Assembly: GCA_030324005.1 (NCBI GenBank)
Contig: JARDVH010000097.1
Coordinates: 39,746,380-39,810,154, forward strand
Direction of reading: 5' to 3'
DNA length: 63,775 bases
DNA from: Negaprion brevirostris
Lineage: Eukaryota
The notes under the pieces: model-generated
Databases searched by the model: none
The model's input: the letters and a program-made list of their open reading frames with translations, nothing else
What the model was told of the DNA's origin: nothing
Part shown: piece by piece, positions 1 to 13,519 of the stretch
How the letters are laid out: every line of letters starts with the position of its first letter
Position numbering within the stretch: position 1 is the first letter of the stretch
Made by a program: the position numbers and the translations under genes

Positions 1-1240
1 TTACATCTTGCAGACTTTGCCATAGTTGGTGAGGGTTGGTGTGGCTATCCTGGGACTCTAGATTGGTCAGGTACTGTCTTTAGCATCTTTGATGGATCTC
101 CTGAGATCATATCTGGCTTTCTTGTATAAGTCAGTGTCGCCTGACTTGAACGCATCAGACCTGGACTTCAGCAAGCAGTGGATATCCCTGTTCATCCATG
201 GTTTCCGGTTGGGAACACACGGATTTGCTTCTTTGGCACACAGTGTTCTAAACACTTACTATTGAAGTCAGTTACTGTCGTGGCATTCTCGTTCAGGTTG
301 GTCACAGAGTTTTTAAATAATGACCAGTCCACTGACTCCAAGTAGCCCCGTATGCGATCAGCTGATTCCTCAGATCAACATTGCACGACTCTCTTTGATG
401 GATTCTCCCACTTCAGCTTTTGCTTGTAAGCTGGGAGCAGGAGCACAGCCATGTTGGTGGACGATAGAGCGGTAGGCATGTTTAATATTTGGGTAGTAGC
501 GGTCCAGGATGTTTGGCCTCTGGTGGAACAGGGGACGTGTTGAACTTGGTCTGATTGAAGTCCCCAGCCACGATGAACAAGGCCTCGGGATGTTTCCTCT
601 CAAGGCTATTTGTAATGGTGTAAATTTCATCCAGCATGATCTTCACATCCTCACGGAGTGGGATGTAAACTGCCACCAGGATAACAGAGATGAACTTCCA
701 CAAAAAGTAGTAGGTGTGGCATTTTAGTGTTAGATATTCTAGGTCTGGGGAGCAGCAAGTTGCCAGTGTTGCTATGTCTCGGTACCATGAAGTGTTGATT
801 AGGAAGCAGGCCCCATCCCCTTACCTTGCCTGAGGCCACTCTACTATCCATTTGATGGATTGAAAAGCCCTCTGGTTATAGGGCACTGTCCATTGAAGCA
901 GGAGTGAGCCATGTCTCCGTGAAACAGTGTACACAGCAGTCCCTCAGTTCTCTTTGGAAAGTGAGTCTGGCTCTGAGTTTGCGTGCTTGTTTTCCAGAGA
1001 CTGGATATTTGCAAGGGGTAAGCTGGGGAGGGGGGCCTTGGGACCATACTGTTTCACTCTCACCTGCAGCCTGCACGTTTTCCACGTTTCCTGGAGTATC
1101 TGCTTCTTTTCGAGCTGGGGAGACGGTGAGAGTGGTTTGTGGTGTTAGAGGTGTGGTTGTGTCCAGTGAGGCACTTGGCCAGTTTACAAGACGGTGAGCA
1201 AAGTTACAAGAAAGAAACGGTACTTAAGTTGAGGACATGG
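1..1240 (-). mobile_element. Rex1/Babar-clade LINE, decayed 5' ORF region (APE endonuclease)
   Basis: Minus-strand frameshifted fragments LRARLTFQRELRDCCVHCFTETWL, VILVAVYIP, HPEALFIVAGDFNQ, PNRKPWMN...YKKARYDLRRSIKDAK, typical of Rex1/Babar ORFs. Confidence 0.85.
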
Positions 1241-1267
1241 CAGTGGTCTCATAGCTCAGTATATTAA

Positions 1268-1592
1268 TGGCTCAGTGGCACCGTGATTAGCACTGCTGCC
1301 TCACAGCGCCAGGGACCTGGATTCAATTCCAGCCTCGGGTGACTGTCTCTATGGAGTTTGTACATTCTCCCCATGTCTACATGGGTCTCCACCGGGCACT
1401 CCGGTTTCCTCCCACACTCCAAGGTTGTGCAGGTTAGGTTGATTGGCCATACTGAATTGCCCCTGAGTGTCAAGAGAACTCGGAGGATAAGTATGTGGAT
1501 TATGAGGATAGGTCCTGATTGGGATTGGTGTCAGTGCAAGCTTGATGGGCCAAATGGCCTCCTTCTGCCCTGTAGGGATTCTGTGATTCTTC
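1268..1592 (+). mobile_element. HE1-like tRNA-derived V-SINE with CR1-type tail
   Basis: A/B-box head (tggcaccgtgattagc...ggattcaattcc), central ggtttcctcccacactccaa domain, tail gggccaaatggcctccttctg...gattct. Confidence 0.9.
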
Positions 1593-2389
1593 TACGGTTT
1601 TATATCCATTGGACAGGTGGAACAGAGTTGCGATACTAACCAGCACCATATAATGTGAGATGGTTGAGCTAACATGAAAAGAAGAGAAGAACCTGCAGAG
1701 TTTAAAGAGGAAAAAGAAACCTGCAGGGTTTAGTAAAGTGTCTAAAAGAAAGGCCAATCACCGAATGGCATAGTAACCTCCCAAAATGAGGATCAGTCAG
1801 AATAAAGAAGCAAACATTTCCTGCAGTGTTCAAAAAGAAGAGAAAGAGACAGACTCTGCTGCTGTACTTCCTTTATAAAGGTTTTAAAAAAAGCCATCAA
1901 TTTCCAAAATCAAAAGAGTGCAGGAATCTCACAACAAAAACAACCACCAGCCACAGACAGCATTAAGTAAAGCAAAATGATTACTACACTGAGAACTTTA
2001 AAATGACAATGGCATTTAAAGTTGCAACTACAAGAATAAACAAACGGCCATGGACAGAAAATTAGGAGACACCTCGGTAAGAGGGCAACTCCCAGCAAAG
2101 TGCCAAAGGCCACGAAAGACCCCAGAGAGAGTGCAGTAAGGCACCCCAGAGTGAGGAGCCAAAAGTTTCTAGAGTGAAGGAACAAGAGTGTGGGACGGGA
2201 GGACAGCACCACCCAGTATATGATGTACAGAAGTAGCCTGAATGGTCAGAATAGCACCATGTATGACAATATCAGGGATCTGTAAATAGTTAAAGATTAA
2301 CACAAAGTGGGTCATATTTAAACATGCAAGTCTCAAGGTCTCATCATTGAGAAATTTAAAGAACAACAGAAGAAGAAGCGAGTAGACAA

Positions 2390-3900
2390 TCTTGCTCATT
2401 GAGCCTGGTCCATCATTCAATATGATCATAATGTATTCTTAACTCCACTTCTTTGCCTAACCTCCATAACCCTTAACTGCCTTGGCAATCAAAAATCTGT
2501 CCAACTCAACCTTGAATAAATTCAATGACTCCCACTGTACTCTGGGAGAAAGAATTCCAAATACTAACCACCCCCTGAGAGAAGAAACTCTTCTATCTCT
2601 TCTTTGTCTCTTTGTCTCTATTTATTTCTTTGCCCCTTGTTTTGGATTCTCCCACAGAGGGAAACATCCTCTCAGTACCTACACTGTCAAGTACACCCAG
2701 AATCTTGTGTGATACAGTAAATTTAGAGTCATCGCCAGAGTCTTTGGGTGGAATTCTGTGCTCTGCAGAAGGCAACCCACCATTGGCCAGCAGGGGGATT
2801 TTCCAGACCCGCCAGTGCCAATGGGATTTCCCATTGAATCCACTCCATGTTGTCAGCAGAACCGAATAATTTGCTGGTGAAAAGGGCGGGAAAATCCCTC
2901 ACACTGAATTTTACAGCACAGATAGAGGCCTTTAACCCATCATTCTGGCACAAGCCATCAATCTGATCCAATTCCATTCTCTAGCACTTTGTCCATAGCC
3001 TTGTATGCTGTGACATTTCAAGTGATCATCTAAATACTTCTTTAATGTTGTGAGGTTTCATGCTTCTACCACCATTTCAATACAGCGAGTTCCAAATTCT
3101 CACCATCCCTCATTTTTCTAAACTCTAATGAGTTTAAGATCCAACTCATTGGACAATCCTTCATCCCAGGAATCAGCCCAGTCCAAAGATATGTGGATTA
3201 GATTGATTGGCCATGCTAAGAAATTGTCCCTTTGTGTCCAGGGATGTGTAGGTTAGAGGGATTAGTGGGTATAATATGTGGGGGTATGGGGGTAGGGCCT
3301 GGGTGGGATTGTGTTCTGTGTAGACTTGATGGGCGAATGGCCTCTTTCTGCACTGTAGGCTTCTATGAACTCTATTCTATGAACTGAATCATCTCAGAAC
3401 TGCCTCCAATGTAAGTCTGTCCTTTCTTAAGCAAGGTGACCAAAACTGCACATAGAATCTGAGTGTGGTCTCATCAATGCAGTTGTGACAAGACTTCCCT
3501 ACTTTGCTATTCCATCTCCCTTGCATTAAAGATCACCATTCCATTTGCGTTCTTCATAACTTGCTGTGACTGTATGCAAACCTTTTAAGATCCATGTACA
3601 AGGACACCCAAATCCCTCTGTGTCATAGCATTCTGCAACCTCTCTGTATTTAAATAATACTCATCTTTTCTATCCCTCCTGCCAAAGGAGACAATCTTAT
3701 GTTTTCCCACATTAAACCCCATCTGCCAAGTTCCCCCCCTTTAAATATATCTCTTTGCAAACTCTTGTGTCCTCACTTGCCTTCCTATCTTACTTCAGCA
3801 AACCTGGCTACAATACAGTCAATCCCTTCATCTAATTAAAGCTCATAAATAGTTGAGAAGCCAGCATTAATCTCTGTGGCATTCCACTTCAACTAATTGC
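2390..3900 (-). mobile_element. Old CR1 LINE 3' fragments interrupted by a MITE and a SINE fragment
   Basis: Reverse-complement CR1 3'UTR/ORF2 motifs (gaccaaaactgcacatagaatctgagtgtggtctca; tgtacaaggacacccaaatccctctg); SINE 3' half at about 3181-3381. Confidence 0.7.
2747..2900. mobile_element. MITE with GGG-type imperfect terminal inverted repeats
   Basis: gggtggaattctg ... gggaaaatccctc, with internal palindrome caatgggatttcccattg; relatives recur across the window. Confidence 0.6.
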
Positions 3901-4041
3901 GGGCGAAGACCAACAATTTTTTGATGTATCCTGAACAAGTGAGGACTCAAACTTTATGTTGTTATAAATCAACGTGTTTATCTTTTTCAACCCTGGTGAT
4001 TTTTAATTGCAGTTGAATTCCTCAGTAATTGAAACTCCCAA

Positions 4042-4178
4042 GGCGTGATCTTACCTGCCGTTCATGCCACACTCCCACTGCAATGAGGTTGAAGAATTTG
4101 GCGGCCAGCAAATTTCCCATTACTGCAGTGGAATGGGAAAATGCCGCTGGTTGTGAACGGTGATAAGATTCTGGTCCT
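4042..4178. mobile_element. MITE (imperfect inverted repeat)
   Basis: ggcgtgatcttacctgccgttca ... tgaacggtgataagattctggtcc. Confidence 0.55.
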
Positions 4179-4529
4179 ATTATCCAAATTAAAGACGTTG
4201 ACCCCCGAGTAAAATATTGCATATTTGTAACAGCATGACTTCACAAATCAGTGGAGTTGACTTCTGTGCCTTCAGTGAAGCGTATACTTGAAAATCTTGT
4301 AATGTCTTCCTTTTCCTCAACCTCCACTTACTTATCTTCCTCTTCATCCCATTTCAGCTCTAGTTCCTGTGTTTGATCCTCTGATGTAAATGGTGTCTGA
4401 TTGTGNNNNNNNNNNNNNNNNNNNNNNNNNNNNNNNNNNNNNNNNNNNNNNNNNNNNNNNNNNNNNNNNNNNNNNNNNNNNNNNNNNNNNNNNNNNNNNN
4501 NNNNNGTAAAAGGTGTCAGATTGTGCCGT

Positions 4530-4792
4530 GTATAGAAAGTCAGGCTTATATTAACACTGCAATGAAGTTACTGTGAAAATCCTCGTCGCCACGTTCCAAC
4601 GTATGTTTAGGTAAACTGAGGGAGAATTTAGCATCACCAATGCATCTAACCAGCACACCTTTCGGACTATGGGAGGAAACTGGAGGAAACAGAAGGAAAC
4701 CAATGCAGACATGGGAGAATGTGCAGACTCAAGCTGGGAATCAAACCCTGATCTCCGGCACTGCAAGGCAGCAGTGCTTACCATGCCACCCA
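4530..4792 (-). mobile_element. V-SINE, subfamily B (ttttcacagtaacttcattgcagtgttaa tail)
   Basis: Same tRNA-derived head as HE1, different 3' tail. Confidence 0.85.
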
Positions 4793-5330
4793 TGGTAAAT
4801 GCATCAGAACAGCTCCTTGGATAGCAGATGATCACTTGCATGATCTGACATGATGTGATGGTTGCAAACAGTTTGCACACTGAAAGGATGGATACTCTTC
4901 CTGTTCATGTACTTCTCTGAGTTTGAACAAGGGGCCAATGTGGCCACATGTGTTCAGTCAATGGCCCTCTGGATAATGGAGAATCCTGCAATCCTGCTGA
5001 ATCCTAGAGCACTTGCCTTTGGCCTTCTCTGCCAGTAGGGAATGATGGTATATGGTCATTTCACAGAAGCTTCCTTTATTCTGAAATGCATGGCACTTAT
5101 GAAGTGAGTCTTGTATCACCTGTGACATCTTGAAAGTTTCTATGAGTACTGTAATCTTGGCTGTGCTCTGACATCTGAGACTTCATTCCATGAGACCACA
5201 GGTCTCTATAATGACCTCTTGGTAAAGTGTAGCCTCCTCATGCACTGGTTTTAGGTTATCTGGATTTAGGAAAGTCCACTGAAAACCCTGGACAGATAGG
5301 GCATCCTTGTGAGTGCCCTCCTCATCCACC
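4793..5330 (-). pseudogene. Decayed PIF/Harbinger (HARBI1-like DDE) transposase
   Basis: Hand translation: ALGFSRIAGFSIIQRAID*THVATLAP...YMNRKSIHPFSVQTVCNH / QIMQVIICYPRSCSDAF, plus upstream QCMRRLHFT; matches Harbinger motifs GAIDCTH, YxNRKxxHSxNVQ, PGSxHDA. Confidence 0.8.
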
Positions 5331-6889
5331 TCTCTTTCCTATCTCAGTCTTTCTTGCAACAGCCAGTACTCCTCTGCTTGGCCTCACTTTCACCTTCCAT
5401 TTCTCATGCAGAGTAAGGGCCACATCAAACAAAGTGCCCTAACCAAACACACCATAATAAACACGTGTCTCTTCTAACTTGTCCAGTAAGAGAGAAGCAC
5501 CAGCAGTAGCTCCTTTTAGGTAAAGTCTTCAGAAAATATCCAGGAAAATGTTGATAGAGTGTTGGTGAAGTATTGACAAAGTTTCCCAGAAAGTCCCCAA
5601 ATGTGCCTAAAAGGCCTGTACAAACACAATGGAGTCAGTCGATCTGAGTCAGTGAATGAACAGTGACAGCTGAACATGGCTTTAAGTAACATTCACAATC
5701 CTCAGCAATGACACTTTCTATTCCTATACAGTTGGCAACTGTTAGGTAAGGTTGCTAAATGAGGCATTACCCGCCAAAATGGCATGCAACCTCCTTAATG
5801 AGCGCTAGCAAGCAACTTAATTGTCAATCAGCCCCTTAACAATGCTCCAGGCAGCTAGTGCTTCATCTCTTTTAACAAGACAGCGTACTACATGTGTCAC
5901 AGGCTAAACCTGTGCTGCAGCTTTACATTTCATCTCTGCCATCACAGAGGTTCTTCAGTATCTAAAATATTCAACAAAAATAGCCCCTGCTGGGTGTGCA
6001 TTTGTCTGTGTAAGAGAAAAGGTTCATTATAGAAATTATGCACCTATTGTAACCTTTCCTGCATTCAGTAAATGTTAGGAATTGAAAAAGACTGGAGGCA
6101 GTGAGGGACAGGAGATCAGAGAAAGGAGGTGAGGAAACAAAAAATGTACTTTTCTCCTTGTAATATGTATCTGGCTTCCAAAAGGAAGAAGGTGAATGTC
6201 ACCGAGGAAGACACAAATCAGTAAAAAGACAGACAGGCAGTATATTTCATCAATTTCTTCAGAGGGAATGAGTGTGATTGGGGAGGGAGTAGATGGAAGA
6301 CTGACAGAGGGTGAATGATAGTGGAGCAAGATAAAGGAGATGAGTGGTTAGTTCAAACAAGAAGAACCAAGATCAATGATCAATGGTCACAATTAGTGGG
6401 AGGGATGTGTGGATTGGGGAGGATATGGAAAAGAAGCTACCTAGATTTGCATTTTCTACATACCTCCATCTAAATTTACTCTGTAGTGGCTGGTGGTTTA
6501 TTTTTCCACTGATTGCAGCATATAACTCATTCCATCTCACCCGAAAGGGAAGCAGTGAAAGAGAGAAGTATCCAACATTTGAGGAATTACTTCTGTACAG
6601 AAATCAGAGAATAAATATTTTTCAGTAATTATCAAAAGAGAGCTGAGGAGCAAATAAAGTACGGACATCACCCTCAAAAGGAGGTGTTGTAATTGAGTCA
6701 AGAAACTAAATGTGAGAGGTGATTGTCAAATACACCACCGAAAAGGTGGGCTTAAGCAGGCTGGGAGGGTACCTTTATGATACATTCTGGGAAGGGGAAA
6801 TCTTATCACTCCACATTTCTGATGTCAAGTTCTGGGCCAGAGCATTTTTCAGGTCTACTGAGCTCATGCCTAAATTACTGAAGTCCAGT

Positions 6890-7520
6890 CTCAAGATGGA
6901 GACTTTGTGCAATAATGTAGAATGGTTGAGTCAGCAGTCTTATTACTTTTTTCCCCACTTGTGGAGAACAGACTGCAAACTGCTTAACCCTATCACAAAT
7001 AGTCAAAACCTACTTTTCCAGTGTGGAAAATATAGGATTAGGTGTGCTAGTAGTTAAAGTCAAACCAACGAATTATGAAAGTTTAGAAATGTTTCCAAGA
7101 AGAATGTTCAAGATCAGGCAGTTAATTCAGGGAAGAAACAATTAAGTGTTCCAGTCACAAGGTAGTAGTGTTGGTATCCTGAAAGGATGAGATCAAATGG
7201 GTTGAAGGCTAAGCCTTGTCCAAACACATTTTGTGATCTTGTCAAGATAAAGGAAAACTCAAGCTGGCATTTTGGACTTTTCACTCTATAAATATAGAAC
7301 TCCAAATGAATTTATATTCTTGAGTTTTCATAAGCTCTACTTCAGAAAAAGACACCTTGGGATTTGCACGTGGCATCTCTTCATGTAAAAACTCAGTGTT
7401 TAGTTTGGCCAAGCATCTTTCTACCAGAAGTAAAGACCTCTCCTCATCATTTTCTGTTGCAGCTCTTTGACAATCAGAAGTAGTTGGGCTTAGTGGAATC
7501 CTCATTCTCAACTTCAGTTA
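6890..7520 (+). pseudogene. Possible highly decayed hAT (Charlie/GTF2IRD2-like) transposase
   Basis: Colinear short motifs LCNNVEWLS (~NNVRWLS), LIQGRNN, VESSFST (~CESxFS) separated by stops and frameshifts. Confidence 0.35.
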
Positions 7521-7567
7521 CAGATTCCTTCCCTCTTACTCTCTGTGATAAAGCAGTAAAATTATAT

Positions 7568-7908
7568 GGATGGCGTGGTGTCTCAGTAGTTAGCACTGCT
7601 GCCTCCCAGCTCCAGAGACCTGGATTTGATTCCTGGCACACTATCTGTGTGGAGTTTGCATGTTCTCCTCATGTCTTTGTGGGTTTCCTCTGAGTGCTCT
7701 GGTTTCCTCCCACAGTCCAAAGATGTGCGGGTTAGGTGCATAGGCCTTGATAAATTGCCCCTTAGTGTCCAGGGATGTGTAGTTTAGAGGGGTTAGTGGG
7801 ATAAATATATGGGGTTGCGGGGATAAGGCCTGGATGGGGTTGTTGTCAGTGCAAACTCAATGAGCTGAATGGCCTCCTTTCTGTATTGTAGGGTTTCTAT
7901 AGTTTCTT
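7568..7908 (+). mobile_element. HE1-like V-SINE
   Basis: Full head, central domain and CR1-type tail. Confidence 0.9.
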
Positions 7909-7937
7909 TATGGTGGTGTGTGCATAATGGACATTCT

Positions 7938-8750
7938 GGGCAGAATTTTATATTGCCCTGCCAGTAGGTTTGGTAGTGGGGTAATAAGTTAAATTTTTCA
8001 AAGGGACTTCCCGTCATTTTCCTACCTGCCCTGACCTCACTGCAATGTTATGCTGGGCCAGGTGAAACCTAGACAAGCACAACTATCCTTAATTTATTTG
8101 AGGCCCTTAAGTGGCCAAATACTGGCTACTTAAGGGCTGTTTTTGGCTCAGCCTTAATTTTTTTCCTGCTGCCAGGAGGTGTTCAGAGGTAGATGGGGAG
8201 CATGAAAATGGACTGTGCCTCACGCAAGAAAGATATGGGTGCCCCCTTTTATCTTTTAGAAACTCCCACCACTGCCAATCATGTTGTATTATGGAGTCCC
8301 TCCTGGGGCTCCCTTCACCAGGGTTTGCCATCTGGCCTCTGCACTGATACCTCACCTCCTATCTGTCTACAACCCCAAGCCTCACTCCCCTCTTTGCCCT
8401 AAAACTCCCAACCCCTACCTGGTTCTGAACTCCTGGGACTTGCAGTCCCAGTCCTGTCCACTACGGCTTCTGGTGCTGTGGAGACTGGAAAGCTGCCAGC
8501 CAATCTGGGAAACTTCTGCGGCAGGATCTGCTCCTGACTGAGAGCAGAAGTACCACCTTCAGCCAATTAACACTAATTGGAGTGTAAAATGGCTGCCAGG
8601 CAGGCAGCACATGTGGAGATGTGTTTGCCACCTATTCCTTGGATGGTGGGAAGGAAACACTACTGTCCGAAATACCCTGGCCAGTGGGTTGGTTTTATAA
8701 TCACCAATGGGGGCGAGATCTGGCACGGGCATGCATTGAAAATCTTGTAC
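7938..8750. mobile_element. Non-autonomous TIR DNA element (GGG-terminal family), degraded
   Basis: Starts gggcagaattttat; GC-richer non-coding interior resembling other elements in the window. Confidence 0.4.
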
Positions 8751-10864
8751 TCAGAGGGCATGTGGGTCCCCTGGGATCAATTGGAATGTTTAAAGACAGC
8801 TGGTGGGGAAGTGGATGGTATAAGATGAAATACGCATGCCTCCAATTATCTTGCTGTTAAGCTGATGGAGGAACTCGTTAACAGACTAGAGAGCGATAGG
8901 AACAAATTTCCCCTGTAAGTAAGGGGGAAAATCAATGGCCGGAGTCACGTTAGTGCACAGCTGTTGACAACACAGAGAGGCCTTATTATCCATTGTCACT
9001 GCTGAGGAAATATCATGTATAAAATAAAAACCATCAAACTGACGTGCAGTGGGACAAATTTGCTGTTGTTTGAGCAGAGTGTTTGGAGTACCTGAGGAGT
9101 GAATGTTTGCATGTTGTGTGGACCGTTTGGTAGCTGGTCTTCTGCTGTCCTGCCTGCTCCATTTCTCCAGGAAAATGAAATGCCCCACATCAGGTTGTTC
9201 GTTTGCTCTTTATAATTATCCTCTGCCCACAGACCACTCACAGTACCTCTGTTTGAGCACCAAACTCACTTCCAAGCTAATTAGAGCTTATGGCTTTTAA
9301 AATCAGGAAACATCACTGACAGTTGCTTGGCTCAGGTTCTGGACCTGGAAGTAATCTGGTCTTAAGCAACTATAAAGCAGGAGATTCATTTTTAGGGGAC
9401 TACTTTTCATTGATGTTATCTTATCATAGAATTTTATCACATCGAAGGAAGCCGCACTTGTGACAACTCTTTGATAGAGTTATCCAATTAATTCTCCTCT
9501 CTTGCTTTTTCCCCATAGCCCGGCACATTTCCCTTTCATGTATCAATTCAATTCCCTTCTCAGGCTTACTTTTGAATCTGCTTCCACCACCTTATTATCG
9601 AGTACATTCTAACTGCAGTTGTGTTTACTGGATTAATAATCACGAAACCTAGGGCTGGATTTTCATTATGGAGGTGGGAACCGGAAGTGATGAATCCTCC
9701 TGAAGTCATGATCCAACCTCTGTACGGGCAGTGACCGTTGGTCAGATTTTCATCCAGCTGAGATAGAGACAATCTGGAGTTCAGTTTCTGGAAGCAGGTC
9801 AGAGGCAGAAGGGATGGCTTGAAGTTGAGATGGCCAGGTTAAAAAGTCCACCTCCCCCTGCTGAGACATTGGCCCAATTATGCAGATCAGTGTCAAACCT
9901 ATCCCTAACCTTCATGCCTACCCCCTTTCCTGCAGACCTCTAACCCCTTCACCACACACCCTTAAACCCCCTTCACCCCACAGTCCACCCACCCAGTAAC
10001 CATGATACAGAGCTAGGAGTCCTTAATAACATTTGAAAATCTTTGGCAAGTTCATAAATCTGCCAAAATACAAAAAAAAATTGAGTTGACATTTGATGAA
10101 ATAGCTATTTCTTCAGNNNNNNNATACATTTATCAAAACAAACAATCTCACAGTTCCTGGGACTTCTGAGCAAATAACCCACATAGTGTGCAATCCATTA
10201 GTGGTTTGGAAATCAAATTGACATTCCCTGAAAAACTGTGCATAGAAAGCCTACAATGCAGAATTCATTTGATTCTAATGATTAGAGCATTTGAGGACAG
10301 CCAAAACTCAGACATCTGTAAAAGGTATGGCTGAACTATCCTCCAAATAATGTTTGGAAATTCTGTCATCTGTGAAAGCTTTTAAATAGCCAAAGAGATG
10401 GTTGGGATGTACTTTGCAAAACAAATGAAAGTCATGGGATCAAATTTAAATGATTACTTATTGAGCTTACACTGGGCTACATGCTGCATATTGTAAAATG
10501 CAGAACAACTCTTTCTGCAGTGGATAATCTATTCTCATACAGCTGAAGATTTTTCCAATTTTCCAATCCTGTTGTTTCATTTAGCAGTTTGTCAATTGCT
10601 TGAAGTAACAATATGGCACGCACATTATTTAATAGTCACTTAACTTTTCCAATCACAGCACTGTCACCATTCACTCTAATAAAATAGATATAATTCAGGC
10701 TTTAGTATTCTAAGATGAACTATGAAGGGAGCAACATAATTTTTACTCAGCTTGCCATCTCCAAACTATTTTCATTCCTCCATTCTGCCTGTGCAATTCA
10801 GAAAAGTGTCCAAAATATAGCGTCCTCACTAAAAATGGAAGAAAGTTTGAAAAATCTATTTCTA

Positions 10865-11220
10865 GGGTGGCACGGTGGCCTAGTAGTTAGTACGGCTGCC
10901 GTACAGCAGCCAGGGATCTGGGTTCAATTCCGGCCTCGGGTGACTGTCTGTNNNNNNNNNNGGAGTTTGCATATTCTTCCTGTGTCTGCTTGTGCTTCCT
11001 CCGGGTGCTCTGCTTTCTTTCTACACTCCAAAGATGTGCGGCTTAGGTTGATTGGCCATGCTATATTGATCCTCACTGTCAAGGGGATTAGTAGGATAAA
11101 TATGTGGTGTTACGGGGACGGGGCCTGGGTGGGAGAGTTGTCGGTACAGCCTCAAAGAGCCAAGTGGCCTCCTCCTGCACTGTGCAGATTTTATTCTATT
11201 CTGTTTTATCCTATTCTATA
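10865..11220 (+). mobile_element. HE1-like V-SINE
   Basis: gggtggcacggtggcctagtagttag head; attct-repeat tail. Confidence 0.9.
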
Positions 11221-11369
11221 GACTATTGCAGCCAAGTTCTAAACAGCAGAAATGCAGGGTTCCCATGAAAATGTCCAGAAATTGAATTAAAAGAAGGATT
11301 TCCAAACCTGCGCTCTGGCTGCCATTACTTCTCCCTCCTGACTCTGCCACAAAATCCATCCCCTGAACT

Positions 11370-11610
11370 AATAATTTGGCAACATCAATTCAAATACCAC
11401 CATGATAACCAAGGAATTTGAATTCAGTTAACTAAACAAATCTAGAATTAAGGGCTATTCACAGTAATTGTGACTAGTTTAGCAATGCATTTTAGGAAAA
11501 GAAACCTACCATTGTTATCTATTCTGGCCTATATGAGGCTTCAGCCTCACAGAAATAAGGCTGGATTTTACTTGCCCTTTGAAATGGCCTAGCAAGCCAT
11601 TCAGTTGTTC
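11370..11610 (+). mobile_element. Old tRNA-derived SINE with L2-group tail (same family as 55175-55515)
   Basis: gaatttgaattca...tctggcctatatgaggcttcag...gaaatggcctagcaagccattcagtt. Confidence 0.6.
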
Positions 11611-12479
11611 CAGATTAACAGTAAATGTTGCCTTTTCCAACACCCCACATCTCACAAATTTTTAAAGAACATTATAAATTGTGGCAAAAATACCTAATNN
11701 NNNNNNNNNNNNNNNNNNNNNNNNNNNNNNNNNNNNNNNNNNNNNNNNNNNNNNNNNNNNNNNNNNNNNNNNNNNNNNNNNNNNNNNNNNNNNNNNNNAA
11801 AATACCTAATTTCTTCTCTGTGGGCTGGTCTTTTTGGCAATTAGCTTAAAATCTGTGTTATCTGATTACAGATTCACACGCCAGAGAAAATGGCTTTTCT
11901 TTATTTATTCTATCAAAACCTTATATCATTTGCACAGCTTTATTAAGTCCCATTTGTCGAAGGAAAACAAAAAAGCAAAAGCGGCTTGACAACATACAAC
12001 ACAACAAAGCACGGTTCTGTGTTTTATATTTGTCTTTATTTATTCTTGTATTTGAGTCAAAATAGCACAGTNNNNNNNNNNCGACACCACATAAACTGCT
12101 GTGGTTAAAGAAGAATTGCCATCAGCACATTTACAAATGCAGCTGGGAATGGCTTTGCCCGCATCCCAAGATTGAATTAAACACATTCTATCCCAGAGGT
12201 TTTCTTTTTAACTGAAATTTACTCACAATAGATGAAGTTTAAAGGAAAACAAAAGAGTGGAGCTCTGCAGGAAAAGATAACATCACCTCTTCTCTCATCT
12301 ACCATAGCCTTATGCTCTCTACCATGCTCTACATTATGTTGATTACTCTTATTGTTCTCCCCAATTGAATTAATGAGGAAATATAATTGAAGATACTGCA
12401 GTCCAAATTAATTATGCAGCATTTGTTTCTTTTGTACTTCTTCAATTTTCTCCCCAGTTGGTTTGGGTTGACGAATATC

Positions 12480-13110
12480 GACCTTGGCTCAGTATTAGCA
12501 TTTTCATATCTAGGTCAAAAGGTCACAGGTTAACAACCTACTTCAAAATATTAAGTATGTGATCTAAAATGTCAATTTGATGAAATAATGAGGGTATTGC
12601 ACTGATTGGGAAACTGGAGGTAAAATTCAATTTTGAACTTGTGATGTTGCTGGGTTGTATGGGAATGATGAGAAATGATGAACAGGTTAAGCAGTTCATT
12701 GGGAGATCTTAGCAGCTCTTACATTACTGTGTGTCCACTCTTGCTGGGAGAGAACTCCTGTGATACTGGCATTTACTTGGCGTGCACTTCATCACCATGT
12801 TCACATGACCACCCAGCCTACAAAACTAACAGAAAGGAAAATAAGACAGGACTGATAATAGGCAGCCAATTTTCTGCCAGCCCTTTTATTCTCCTACAGA
12901 AGTTAAATTTCATTCCTGCTATTTTTCTTTTGAAATATTAACCACATTTGATCCTATGGTGCTAGCTATAGAAGATCAAGTCCTAATATCCCTAGTGTCC
13001 TGGCTAACATTCTCAGCCAATATCAATAAAACAGCTAATCTTAATCATCATCTCATTGTTATTTGTGGGAGTTGCTGCAAGCACGTAGGCTGCTGTGCTT
13101 CACTATATTA
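12480..13110 (+). mobile_element. Fragmented ancient Deu-SINE (SacSINE1/AmnSINE-like)
   Basis: Degenerate head ccttggctcagtattagc and Deu-domain-like segment gtgtcctggctaacatt...atttgtgggagttgctg. Confidence 0.5.
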
Positions 13111-13414
13111 GAACTAACATTCCGGGTAAGTAGCATGGATACATAGTTGTGCAGCATTCCAAAGCTTACCACGCAAGGGATAAACAGGGCAAAATGTTGA
13201 GTCCCTCGGTGTTGTTGAAAGAAATGTAAAATTCAAGAAACAGACTAAGTTCATGACTGCTTGACCATGTTCCAACATGTTTTTCATTGTAGTTCCGGTC
13301 TGCTCACATGGTGGNNNNNNNNNNNNNNNNNNNNNNNNNNNNNNNNNNNNNNNNNNNNNNNNNNNNNNNNNNNNNNNNNNNNNNNNNNNNNNNNNNNNNN
13401 NNNNNNNNNNNNNN

Positions 13415-13519
13415 ACAGACATGGAGAGAACATGCAAACTCCGCAGTGACCCAAACTGGGAAATTGAACCCAGATCCCTAGCACTGTGAGGCAGCAGTGG
13501 CAACCACTGTGCCACCCCG
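13415..13519 (-). mobile_element. V-SINE 5' part running into an assembly gap
   Basis: Reverse complement of the SINE head. Confidence 0.8.

Noticed and set aside
4386-4525. 20-bp near-identical sequence on both sides of a gap
   Set aside because: Most simply a collapsed short tandem repeat; uninformative
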